A stretch of DNA of 64,000 nucleotides from Phaeosaccion multiseriatum (Eukaryota; Protista; Ochrophyta, other classes), in NCBI GenBank assembly GCA_965112735.1, contig OZ218959.1, positions 186,001-250,000 of the forward strand, given 5' to 3'. A program made the position numbers and the translations under genes. The notes beneath the pieces were generated by a model. It worked only from the letters and a program-made list of their open reading frames with translations, searched no databases and was not told the DNA's origin. Below, in pieces: positions 47,045 to 57,546 of this stretch. The stretch's first letter is position 1. The number at the start of each line of letters is the position of its first letter.

Positions 47045-50000
47045 TGTCTCTCCGGTGCTCTTAATGCTCTCGAGTCTCTCGCCTTGGGACGAACCCGCTC
47101 CGGTTGCATAGCTGTGAGCTTGTGCGGAGGACCAACACATGATGGAAAGACGCTGAGGAGGATGATAAATGAAAGGGAAGAAAAGACAAGACGAATACAA
47201 AGACACAGACTATCTCAGACGAAGCGCTTCGGTCGATTCAGAGAAAACATAGTGTACTAGGGGGTGGGCTGCTGAGAGTGTGCTCGCGGCCACTGTGTGG
47301 CGAGAATTGGCAGCTGATAAAGCGAAGGTGAGTTTTCTTCAATTCTGATTTTCCAAGGAGGATAGACTCCATCCTCGGAGATAGAGCTGGGGCGACCATG
47401 TGTGTCTTCCTTAGGATCGTGCTGAGTTTTGATGTGCAGCCCATGCTCTGTCGCGCCATAATCATTGTGATATTTGCCCTCAAAGGGAGATTACTCGGGC
47501 TGATGTAGCCACGTGTAGATGCTGATGCTGACCTTATCTACGGATCTCGGGGCCCGTCAGGCCATCAAAGAACAACCCCACTCCGTATGACACGTCTGGA
47601 AACTCCCGCACCTCCGCTATCTATGGGCCTTTGGCACGTGCTCTGCGGAAGTGGCTCAAAAGGTGAGAGACCAGTAGGCATGGAGAGGAGGCGAAATGGA
47701 AGGCTTCCCTGATGAGTTAGAGGCGGGGCAAGAGGAATCTAAGGATCCAATGTGTAAGCTGATAAGTGCCCAAGTTTCAGCTTCCGCGAGCTTAAACCCA
47801 ATTTGAGAAGGGGCTTGTCTACTGTGTCATTTGCCTTTAGAGGGCCCCTTTTGTGATGTCATGAGCAGCCGATCCCACGCCCAGTCAGAGTACCGGTCTT
47901 GCCCAAGGGACCTCATGCTAACTCCCTTGCCCCCTGCTACCACGGGACGTGGGTGGTGGGGCTATCGGGGGGACTTCAACATCGTCTCCCGAGGTATGAG
48001 GGTGGAGAGGAAAGGGAATGGAATCTTCCTGGCGGCGGCACAAGTTGTATTGTGGCAGCACATGTGTGCGGTGTCAGATGTCCAACTTTGAGCTTCAGCG
48101 AGCTTAACCCGGCATGGGAAGTCACCTTAACGTCCACCTCCCTCCTTTTGGCCCCACTGGCTAGGCATCAACAGGGGTATTACAGGGGCAGGAGAACGAC
48201 TGTGGCAACCGACTCGCCTCACTACAGGGAGCGAGAGGGGAAGGAGCAAGGGATTCACGAGCACCAGTGGCCAGACGAGCGGGGGGAAGTGAAACAGGCG
48301 TCCAGATAGGAGTCAAGCTTATCCGCCTCCTCGTCCACCCCGGGGGACGTCGTTGCTACACTTGGCGCCATCGGCAGCCGAGGCTGCCACGGGAGCTGCT
48401 CCAGAGAAGGCCGAGGGGGGGGGATCGGGGGGGGGTAAGCGGGCCGTTGCTGTGGGTGGTGGTGTTCGTCGTGGCACATGGGCGAGAAGCGACAATGACT
48501 CAGGGGCGACAGGGGGATGAGCCGCAGGGCCATACTCAAGTCGCTGACCGCCCTGCAGGCAGAGAAAAAGGGAATGGAGGCCGTGGGAGGGGGGGGTTGG
48601 AGCTGCCAGAGGAGAGCTTGACGGGCTGCCAAGGAGGATTTCGCACGGAAGATGCGGCCTCATGCAGCGTCTGGAGTAGTAGCAGCCGTGGCAGCACCGA
48701 TAAGGGGGGTAGGGGCAGTGTGTTTAGAGTTGGAGCTGCCCGTGTGTTAAATTGCATCAAAATGACGAAGAAATGCATAAATAGCGTTGTGCAACCAGGC
48801 CAAGTAGAGCATGTAAGGTGTACCAAAGAAGTATAGCCTAGCCTTGTATCTGGTCCATATCTATCGTCATGCCCTCTCTTCCCCCTCGATCGAGGGTCAA
48901 AATGACCATGAAAATGTGCACTGGACACTTGCAAATTCTTTCCCTCACTCTGTGGCTCCTGCAAGGACACTTGGAGCTGCCCAGTACTCAGCCGACTATG
49001 TGTCCCTCAAGTTGTCTCAAGGTTTTCACGTCTCGGGGTCTGCAGGTCGCACACGCTCCTCCCTCTCCTCACCATCTTTTAGGTGTAAACTGCTGCCATC
49101 AGTGTTTCCGTATCGCCTCCCCTCTTCCGCTCCACAGCACCTGCAATCGCACTCTCAGCTGCTCAGCGTCGACGAGCTCATGTAGCTAGGTCGTAGTCTC
49201 CCCAAAGCGATTCGCACCGCGCCTCCTCTTCTCCCCTTCCCTCCCTCGCCTTCGTGTATCGATGGACGAACCCTCCCACCTACCCACTCAACCCCCTCAT
49301 CCCCTCAGCTCCTGCGCCTCTGACCTCCAGCTAGCCTCCGAGTGTATTGCCGGTGTCAGCCGGCGCAATATGGACCAGCTATGGCAGGAGCCAGCCGACA
49401 CGCTATCAGCTTTTGAGGCGTGCCAACATCGCGCTGCTGGGCCCGAAGGGTCAATAGCGCAGCTATCGGCGAAAGCTCAATAGTGCGTCAACGGCCGACT
49501 GTCGCTACTGCCGGCGCCAGAGGGCACGCTATCAGCTATTGCCGGCGCCACAACCGGTACGCCATTAGCTATTGATGCTTGCCAACGGGCCAATAGCGCA
49601 CCTATCGGCGATAGCTCAATAGCGCATCTCAACTGCGCATCAGGGGTCGACCACAGGCCGATATTAGCTAATCATTCAAGGCTACGGAGATTGAATAGGG
49701 GTGGGTAGAAGAGGGGTTCGGCCGAGAAGAAAGAGTCACGCTCTCTCTGGGGACGAGTGTGTTCATTCTCAGCGGCGTCTATTGAAGTCGTTTGTTCTTC
49801 CGTGCACCATGCCAAATCCAAATGGAGCAATGGCCCAGGCGTAGACAATCCCATGAGTGATTGGCTTGGCGTCTTTCCCCAACGCAAAGGGAGGCATTGA
49901 CATGAGCATCCAGGAGAGGAGGAGAGGAGCGAGTGCCAGAAAACCTCATGCTCCTCCAAGTGTCACTCCCTCGCGCTCTGTCCGGGAAGCTGAGCTTTCC

Positions 50001-50196
50001 CATCCTCCCTCGGCGAAAAAGCATCTTGCAAGTGAGGGAAGAGCAGCTTCGCCGCGAATGCAAGAGAGTGACACTCTCGGGACATCCCCTTTCCGCAGCC
50101 ATCGCACTACAATAGAACACTAGTTGGAAACACCCCCCAGGATGAGTGGCACCGACTACCATCGCGAATACCCCACCACTGAGGGCATCTTTCCGC

Positions 50197-50951
50197 TCAG
50201 GCTTTTTTGCCCCTCTTCTCGCCTTCCACCTTGTCGTCGTCTCTGGCTGAGCTCTTCCGCTTCTTCACACGCCCTCCTCCTCCGCCCTTCCGCGCCACCC
50301 CCTGCTCATCGAACCACTCCACGCCCACGATGTGACTGCTGCAAACAGGCGCCTTGTCAACGCCCATCTCCTTGTTGCTGTCCGCAAACGCCACCCCCTC
50401 CTCCTGTAGCATTCTCCTCTTGCGCTTCAAGCTCTCGCCGTAGGTTTGACCGTGAAAGCCCCCCAGCGTGCCGTCCGATTTGACAACGCGGTGGCAGGGC
50501 ACGATGGGTGCGTAAGGGTTGCGGCGTAGCGCATTTCCCACAGCCCGCGGCCCTGAGCCAAGCCGATCCGCCTGCCGTCGCGCACAAAAAGATGCGTGGT
50601 GTAGGTTAGCCTTAAGCATCCGCCCGCCCCTTCCCTTCTCTCCTATCATTCAAAGCGCTCAACGCATCGTAGTGCATACATGCAACACGATTCTTCTCCT
50701 CCCCTCTCTTCTCTCTCCACTCCTCTTCCTTCTCCCTATCATTCCCCCTCCCCCGTCCTCCCCCCTTTCCCTCTACTCCTCCATCCTCCTCTTTCTTCTT
50801 CTTCTCTTCTCTATCAATAAGGGCGTAATTCCTAGTGAGCCAGGGCACTCTCTTCTTCTCTTCTTACCAAGGCTTTGTAAGTGGACACACGGCCCTTGGG
50901 AATTGTCCCGGTGAGCGCGTACACGCTCTCTTGAAACTCCGTCGGAGCCAT
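50197..50951 (-). CDS. MGMT: O6-methylguanine-DNA methyltransferase (single C-terminal domain type), 2 exons
   Basis: Exon 50951-50868 [28 protein letters not shown]; exon 50571-50197 [39 protein letters not shown]. The catalytic PCHRV and the HTH RAVG motif are intact. Confidence 0.92.
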
Positions 50952-51376
50952 ATCCCCCTACTGCGATTATCCTACTGCCCTCTATTATGGAGGCGAGCGA
51001 TGTGGTTCTCCCCCCCTCGACGAGTCACAGCTGGCGGAGTTAATTGACATACAAGGGCCTCCCCATCTCCTCCCTTCTCTTTCAGGAGGTGCCGTCTGCT
51101 TTATCTATACGAGAAGACTTTGAAGACGGCTGTGGTATCCCTAGCCCCGTTCGGCCTCAAGGCGAAGGAAAAGGCAGGAGGAAGCCGCAGCGTTCCGAAG
51201 GCCGGTGCGAGTGGAGGGCTGCCAAGCAGAGGCCGCAAAAGTTGGAAAGCAGTGGCAGCTACTTTCCACGTTTGGGCTTTCTTTCTGGGCATATCCGTGC
51301 CTAAGCGGATAAGGACTCTGAGGAGGCTACTCTAGCAGGGACTGGAGCCGCCGGGGGGGGGGGGAGAAGCCACGGG

Positions 51377-53209
51377 ATGGGGAAGGCGAAGAAGACTCGT
51401 GCCTTCAAAGTCAAGCATGCACAAGCAAAGCGATTAATATCTCCGAAGGACCCGCGGCTTAAGGAGAACATCGAGAAGGAGAAGAAGAAGGCGGAGAAGG
51501 TGGGTAGAGAGTCATTGCACTGGCGGAACTGCTGGGCAGTGCCCTCGAGTGTTTCACAGCGCTCTACGAGAGGCGTTCGAAGTAGCTCCGGCTTCTATTG
51601 CTTGGCCCTCGCTCCTCTGCTTGGGCTGGAGGCGGTGGAAGGGTGGGGGCCTACCGCCGAGGCCTCCCTAGTCCTTGTACATGCCCCAGGAAGTCTGTGT
51701 GTCTCCCCCTCCACCCCCTTCCCTAGGTTCCTCCTTTACTTGCCTCTCGCTGCCCTCCTCTCAACTGCTGTGTTGTATACTTGCGAATGATCGTTGTGTG
51801 CTTGCGAAGGACCAATCTATCGATGTGACTCCACTCCCCTCCACTCAACTCCACCCTCCCCTCCCCTCCCCTCCACTCCACTCCACTCCCCTCCCCTCCC
51901 TCCAATCCACTCCTCTCCACTCCACTCTACTCCACCCCCCTCCACTCCACGCCATTCCCCTCCCCTCCACTCCACTCCAAAGGCCAAGGCCGCAGAGACC
52001 AACGTAGTGGACCAGACGCCCACCGCAATGTTCTTCAAGTACAACACGCAGCTGGGCCCGCCCTACCACGTCATCGTGGACACCAACTTCATCAACTTTT
52101 CCATCAAGGTCAGATGCTGCTCATGCCTGTGCCCATGCCATGCCCATATACTCTTGTGTTGGGCCTCTCTGTCCTCTCTCCCCCCCTCTCTCTCCTCTCT
52201 CCCCCTCTCTCTCTCTTTCTGTGGGTATCATTGGGTCTCTCTCTCTGCTAATGACGCGTGTTGCCTGTGTGCGAACCCTCTCTCTCTCCCTCTCTGCTCG
52301 CATTCGTTGGGAAAGTGCCCCACAGCAGCCATCCCGTCGCCCATCCCGCGATTCCCACTCTCACTTTTTCTATACCTGTCCTGTCGCCTTCTTTCCACCC
52401 CCTGCTCTCGCCCTCCCCCAGAACAAGATCGAGATGGTGAAGGGCATGATGGACTGCCTCCTCGCCAAGGCCACGCCCTACGTCACGGACTGCGTCATCG
52501 CGGAGCTAGAGATGCTCGGCCCAAAGTAAGGGGCGAAGGCAATCATATGGGCAGGGGCAGGGGCAGGGGCAAGAGCAAGGCCAGGGTATAATAAAGGGGT
52601 CAACTTAGCAGCAACACCGCAGCAACACGGCAGCAACACCGCAGCTTGCCCACAGGGAGGAGGGGCAGATGGCAGTGGAGGGTCAACCCCCCTTCCCTTT
52701 CTATACCCAGTCAAGTCACGCTAGCTAACCCCTCTCTCGCTCGCTCGCTTGCCCCTGTGTATGATGTGTCATGTCCAGATACCGTTTGGCTCTAAGGCTC
52801 GCCAAGGACCCCCGTGTGAAGCGCCTCACGTGCACTCACTCGGGCACCTACGCAGACGACTGCCTGGTGCAGAGGGCGGAGGAGCACCGCTGCTACATCG
52901 TCGCCACCTGTGATAAGGACCTCAAGCGAAGGTGCGCAGTCCTGTCTGAAGCGCTCCCCTCCTCTGTCAGGCGGTCTGGCGAAGAACCAAGCTTTCTTTG
53001 GTCTTTGCGGAGGAGTGCTACCACTCTGCTGCAGTGCTGCATCATGCTGCTATCTCTAACCACCGGGCTGCTTCGCTCGCTGCCCCTCCCCCCCATCCCC
53101 CCGTCCCTCTGCCCTTCGTTCTTCCTGCTTCCTCCTAAAGGCTGCGCAAGATCCCAGGAGTGCCCATCATGTATGTGGGCAACAGGAAGGTGAGTCACCG
53201 ACCCATGCT

Positions 53210-53245
<36 letters not shown>

Positions 53246-53680
53246 CCTCCCTCACTGCAAGGGGTTGGGCCTTGGGCCGATTTCGATGCCATTTCTTCCT
53301 CTCTCCCTCTCCCTCTCTTTCTCTTTCTCTGCCTCTCTACCTCTCTCTCCCTCTCTCTCTCCCTCTCTCTCTCTCCTTCTCTCTCTCTCCCTCTACGTCT
53401 CTCCTCTGCATCTCCCTCCCGAATCGCTCTTCGTGGGGTGGCGAAAGCAACCACCCAAGCGCAGCAACCTTGCGCCGATGTGTTTATCTGTCCGTCTTTG
53501 CCTCTTTCTATGCCTTGTGTTGGTCCGCTGCTCCGTAACCCACCTTTCCCTCCCCCACTGCACGTGTTGGTCATCCCCCCCCAGTACACCATCGAGCGAA
53601 TGCCAGAGGTGAGGGATGGGGCAAGGGGTTGAAGAAAGGGGCTGCGGTTGCTGCTCTCCGAGGGTCCGCATCACTGCTGC

Positions 53681-53712
<32 letters not shown>

Positions 53713-53948
53713 CTGTCCGTCTGTCTGCCTGCCCGTCTGTCTGCCTGCCTGTCTGTCTGTCTGTCTGCCTGTCTGTCTGTCTGTCTGCCTCTCTTGAATG
53801 CCTACCCGCCGTGCTCCGCTGTGAGTGTATGTGCCTGTGTCATGCTGTACGAGACAAGAGTCACTTACCCGTTGTTCGCTTCCCTTTCCCTTTCTCTCTC
53901 TCTCTGCGCCGCTCTGCCTGTCCCTAGGCCTTTGGAGCGCCCCCTTAG
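51377..53948 (+). CDS. FCF1: rRNA-processing PIN nuclease FCF1/UTP24, 7 exons
   Basis: Exons ~51377-51499, 51983-52108, 52422-52525, 52779-52931, 53141-53188, 53584-53608, 53928-53948: [10 protein letters not shown]...ISPKDPRLK / [26 protein letters not shown] / [20 protein letters not shown] / [27 protein letters not shown] / [12 protein letters not shown] / YTIERMPE / AFGAPP*. Confidence 0.96.
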
Positions 53949-54016
53949 ACACCGCCGTAGGGCCTTACCCCTACCCTACCCTGCCCGGTTTTGAGACTCC
54001 CTCCTTTGTTAGAATT

Positions 54017-54022
54017 AATAAA
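54017..54022 (+). terminator. Candidate polyadenylation signal (AATAAA) of FCF1
   Basis: About 70 nt after the stop and followed by a U/GU-rich stretch. Confidence 0.4.
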
Positions 54023-54364
54023 GAAATGTTTTGTGTTGTTGAACTATTTTTCTCTTAATTTTTTTTACAATTATGCCTACTCCATGCGTTGTCCGCTCGT
54101 GGCCGCCCGTCTCACCCGTCTGGCACCTCTGTCCTGACACCCCTGTCTTGTCACCTCAGACAAGGCAAAGCCTAGTAAGGAAGAAGGAAATTAGGGAAGA
54201 AAAAAAAAACGCCAACAAGCGCCTCCGCCCGCCCCCCCCCGCGACAGTCTTTGTCTCAATCCAAGGTCCATTCTTCATGCCTCACACTCTCATAATTCAA
54301 GGGTCCCCTTCTGTTGATGCTACTGTGCCTGTCTCATAAGTCAACGGTCCGCAAAAGTCAATGG

Positions 54365-56204
54365 TCAGTCAATGGTCCATTTCTTGTTGATGCTGTCCCA
54401 CACCGCCGTCTTCTTGGCGCCCCCCTCGAGCTGAAACTGGAACGTCTTGTAGGGGTAGATGTTGGTCCAACTCAGCGCCTGACAAGGAAAGGAAGGGCAA
54501 GAGAGGAACGATGAATGGTGGGCAGGGAGAAGAGAGAGAGACATGGATAGAAACTCCACGTGCGGGGAAGGAGGCGTAGGAGGCGGGGGGGAGGGTACGA
54601 GAAGGCAGTTGATGGACCTACCTGGTTGGGCAGAGAGTCCAGTGCGATCTTCCTTGTCCCCAGTGCCTCCTGCAGCTTGCCGATACATGCGTGCATCTGC
54701 GACCAGGAGGAGGACTTGATCTCGCAGGCGTCGCACACGCTCTTCTTTGACACGTCGGGGTTCTGAGTGTGGGTGCGTGCGTGCGGAGAGTAGGGAGGAG
54801 GGGGGGGGGGGGTTGTGGTTAACTTTGGTTTTCTTGTGGTGATGGAAGGGGCGGCACCGCCCGCAGCAAGCATGTGTGTATTCGTGACACAACAGCACTC
54901 ACGCCCGCACGCACGCCCTCACTCACTCACCCCTCGGACTTCCGTGGTGATGTACTTGACGGCGGTTACGAAGTTGTACCTGGCCAGGACCTTCGCCCTG
55001 TGCGCCACGTAGCGGAAACCCAAGGCCTCTCTGTACCTCCGCTTCGTGTCCTCGTCCTCCTTGCTGAAAGGGGCAGAGATACAGAGAGTCGAAGGAGCAG
55101 TGGGTCGGTCAGTCGGGCTCAGGCAGTCAAGACACGGGAGGGTTTTTTCCACAGGCAGGGACGGACAAGGGCTCACTACCCAGTCCCAACCCTCCACCCT
55201 CCACTTCCCCAGTGCCCCAAATCGTAGCCACAGCTACACCTTGTTGACTCACTCACTCACTCACTCACCCTTTGTTGATGATGTCAATGAAGGGCTTGGT
55301 CCGCTCCGCCCACGCCTTCTTGCGCTCCTCCTCCGTCTGTGCCATATCGGGCCCCAAGTCCTCCCCGTTGGGGCCCTTCTTGCGGCCAAACAAGCCGTCC
55401 TCCGCTTTGCGCTTCATGCCGAACTTGACGTACCCCGGCCCGAGGCTGTTGGGAGCCATCCGACCGCAGGCGAAGCCCGGAGGACTGCCCCCCTCCAGCT
55501 CCTCCCGCGTCTTGAGCTTATCCGCAAACATGTTGGCAAGCGGCTCAAAGAAGAAGCGGGGGGGCACTTTGGTGGGGCCCGAGCCGCTCTCCACGAAGCT
55601 GAGGATGACGTCTGCGATGGCGTCTCCCCAGCCGCAGAAGGAGGCCACTGGCGGGCTGCCCCATTGGTGCTCCTCGTAGTGTGTGAGCGCGTCCTGCATC
55701 AACTTGAGAGGGGCCTTGACGTCATCCGACTCGTACTGCGAGATGTACTCCAGAGCGTCGCCAAGCTTGGTCACGCGTAGCAGCCCGTGCGCCTGCCCCG
55801 GTCCGTCCTTCTCGTTGCGCTGCCAGAGGAAGGTACTTCCCGGCGGGATGTACTGCGTCGTGGGCGCAGAGAGCGGGACGGCGGGGGCTGCTGTTTGGGG
55901 CTGGGGAGGGGGGGGGGGCTGGGCCTGCTGCAGCGCACTGCCGGGCGCCACTCCGCCCTGCCCGGGGAGCGGCCCCTGCGTGAGCGAGTGGTGGAGCTGG
56001 TGCTGCGGCACTACAACGGTGGGGGGGACAGCACCGGCGGAGGCAGAGGCAGCGGCAGCGGCGGCTACAGCAGCGGCGGCTGCAGCTTGGCTTGACACTA
56101 GTTGAGGCGATGGTTGCTGTTGTTGCTGCTGCTGTTGTGGTGGCTGAACCTGTTGTGGTGCAGGCTGTTGTTGCTGTTGTTGCTGATGCTGATGCTGCTG
56201 CTGC

Positions 56205-56238
<34 letters not shown>

Positions 56239-57078
56239 GCTGCTGCTGCTGCACCTGCTGCTGCGCCTGCTGCTGTGCCTGCTGCTGCGCCTGTTGCTGT
56301 GCCTGCTGCTGCGCCTGCTGCTGCTGCAGCTGCTGATGATGGTGGTGTTGCTGGGGGGGCTGCGGCTGCTGCTGGTGGTGGTGGGCGTGGTGTGGCTGCG
56401 GGACGGGCTGTCGTGTGTTCAAGAGAGGAAACAACGGCAGGGACAGGGAATTAAGACGGGTGAACATGGCGGAGCCATCGGAGAGGACACTAAGAGAGCA
56501 TGTGGCAATCGATAGAGCAATGCAGGGCACAGGTGGCTGCGCCCTCTCCTCCTCCATCTCTCCTCTTTCCTCTCCCAAGACTTTCTCCGCCCAACGGCCG
56601 GTCGGAGCACCGGAAAGAACTGAGACAGGAGGTGGCAATCATAGAGCAGGAGACATTACAGGCCAGCATGGCCCTCCATAAACACACCCATCCCATCTCC
56701 TCTTTCCTCCCCCGCCCTCTCCCCGATTTCCTTTTCCTCAGCCTGCCGCCTCCTCCATCCCCAGACCTCCGATCGGCCGTGAAAAGCAGCAGCAACAGCA
56801 ACCGCAGCAGCAGCGGTAGCGGGAGCAGCAGCCGCAGGGAAGCAGCGGAAGAAGGAGACAATCCACCCAAACCGCCCTTGTTGTCAAGCATCTTCCCCCC
56901 GTACTGATACGTATTGCTGGGTCTTACGTCCTGTTAGGTTACCCTCGCTCACCTTAGGCGCGGGTTTGAACGCTTGTTCGTGCGGGGCCAGCCGAGCGAG
57001 CTGCTGCGGATGGAGCCCAGGCACCCTGCCGATGACAGGGGCTTGGGTGGCCATGGTGGGGTGCGGGTGCTCGCTCAT
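54365..57078 (-). CDS. Uncharacterised polyQ/polyA protein with a globular C-terminal region (multi-exon)
   Basis: Exon 1 MSEHPHPTMATQAP...KPAPK (57078-~56953); large exon ~56407-55268 (polyQ, then YIPPGSTFLWQR...IDIINKG); then SKEDEDTKRRYREALGFRY..., NPDVSKKSVCDACEIK..., ALSWTNIYPYKTFQF...WTID* with consistent phases. The 5' structure is less certain. Confidence 0.7.
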
Positions 57079-57546
57079 CGTCTTACTATCTAAAGCTGTG
57101 TTGAGGACAACCAAATGGAAAGAAAGCGTACCCCCTGGGGTTTGGACACAAAACTCAAAACTCACATTGGAAATTATGAAATTATTCAGCTGAAATTATT
57201 GTTGTTTTGTTGTTGTTTTCAGCTTGTGGACAATTAAATTTAAAGTCTAAATTGAATAATAATGCAGTAGAACGCAGTCAAATGTGGTCAAAGTCAGAGT
57301 CAAGTGGTGTCAAATAAATTAGGGGGGGATAAAAGTGCCACTCGACTAGGAGAAAAGAAGAGATCAAAATGCTCACGTGTGTGTGGAGATTGTTTTTCTC
57401 CACACTCTACACTCCTCCACTCCCCTCTCCTTCTTCCCTTCCCTTCCCTTCTATACTCTTTTTATGTACATAGGATTCTGTTGTCCCTGGCCTCAGACCG
57501 GTGGCCAGTGTGCTGTATGCTGTATCACGATCTGTTTAGCTGTGGC

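Noticed and set aside
47238-50162. Possible transposon ORFs upstream of the PPR-SMR
   Set aside because: I could not find RT, integrase or transposase motifs, terminal repeats or target-site duplications by eye.
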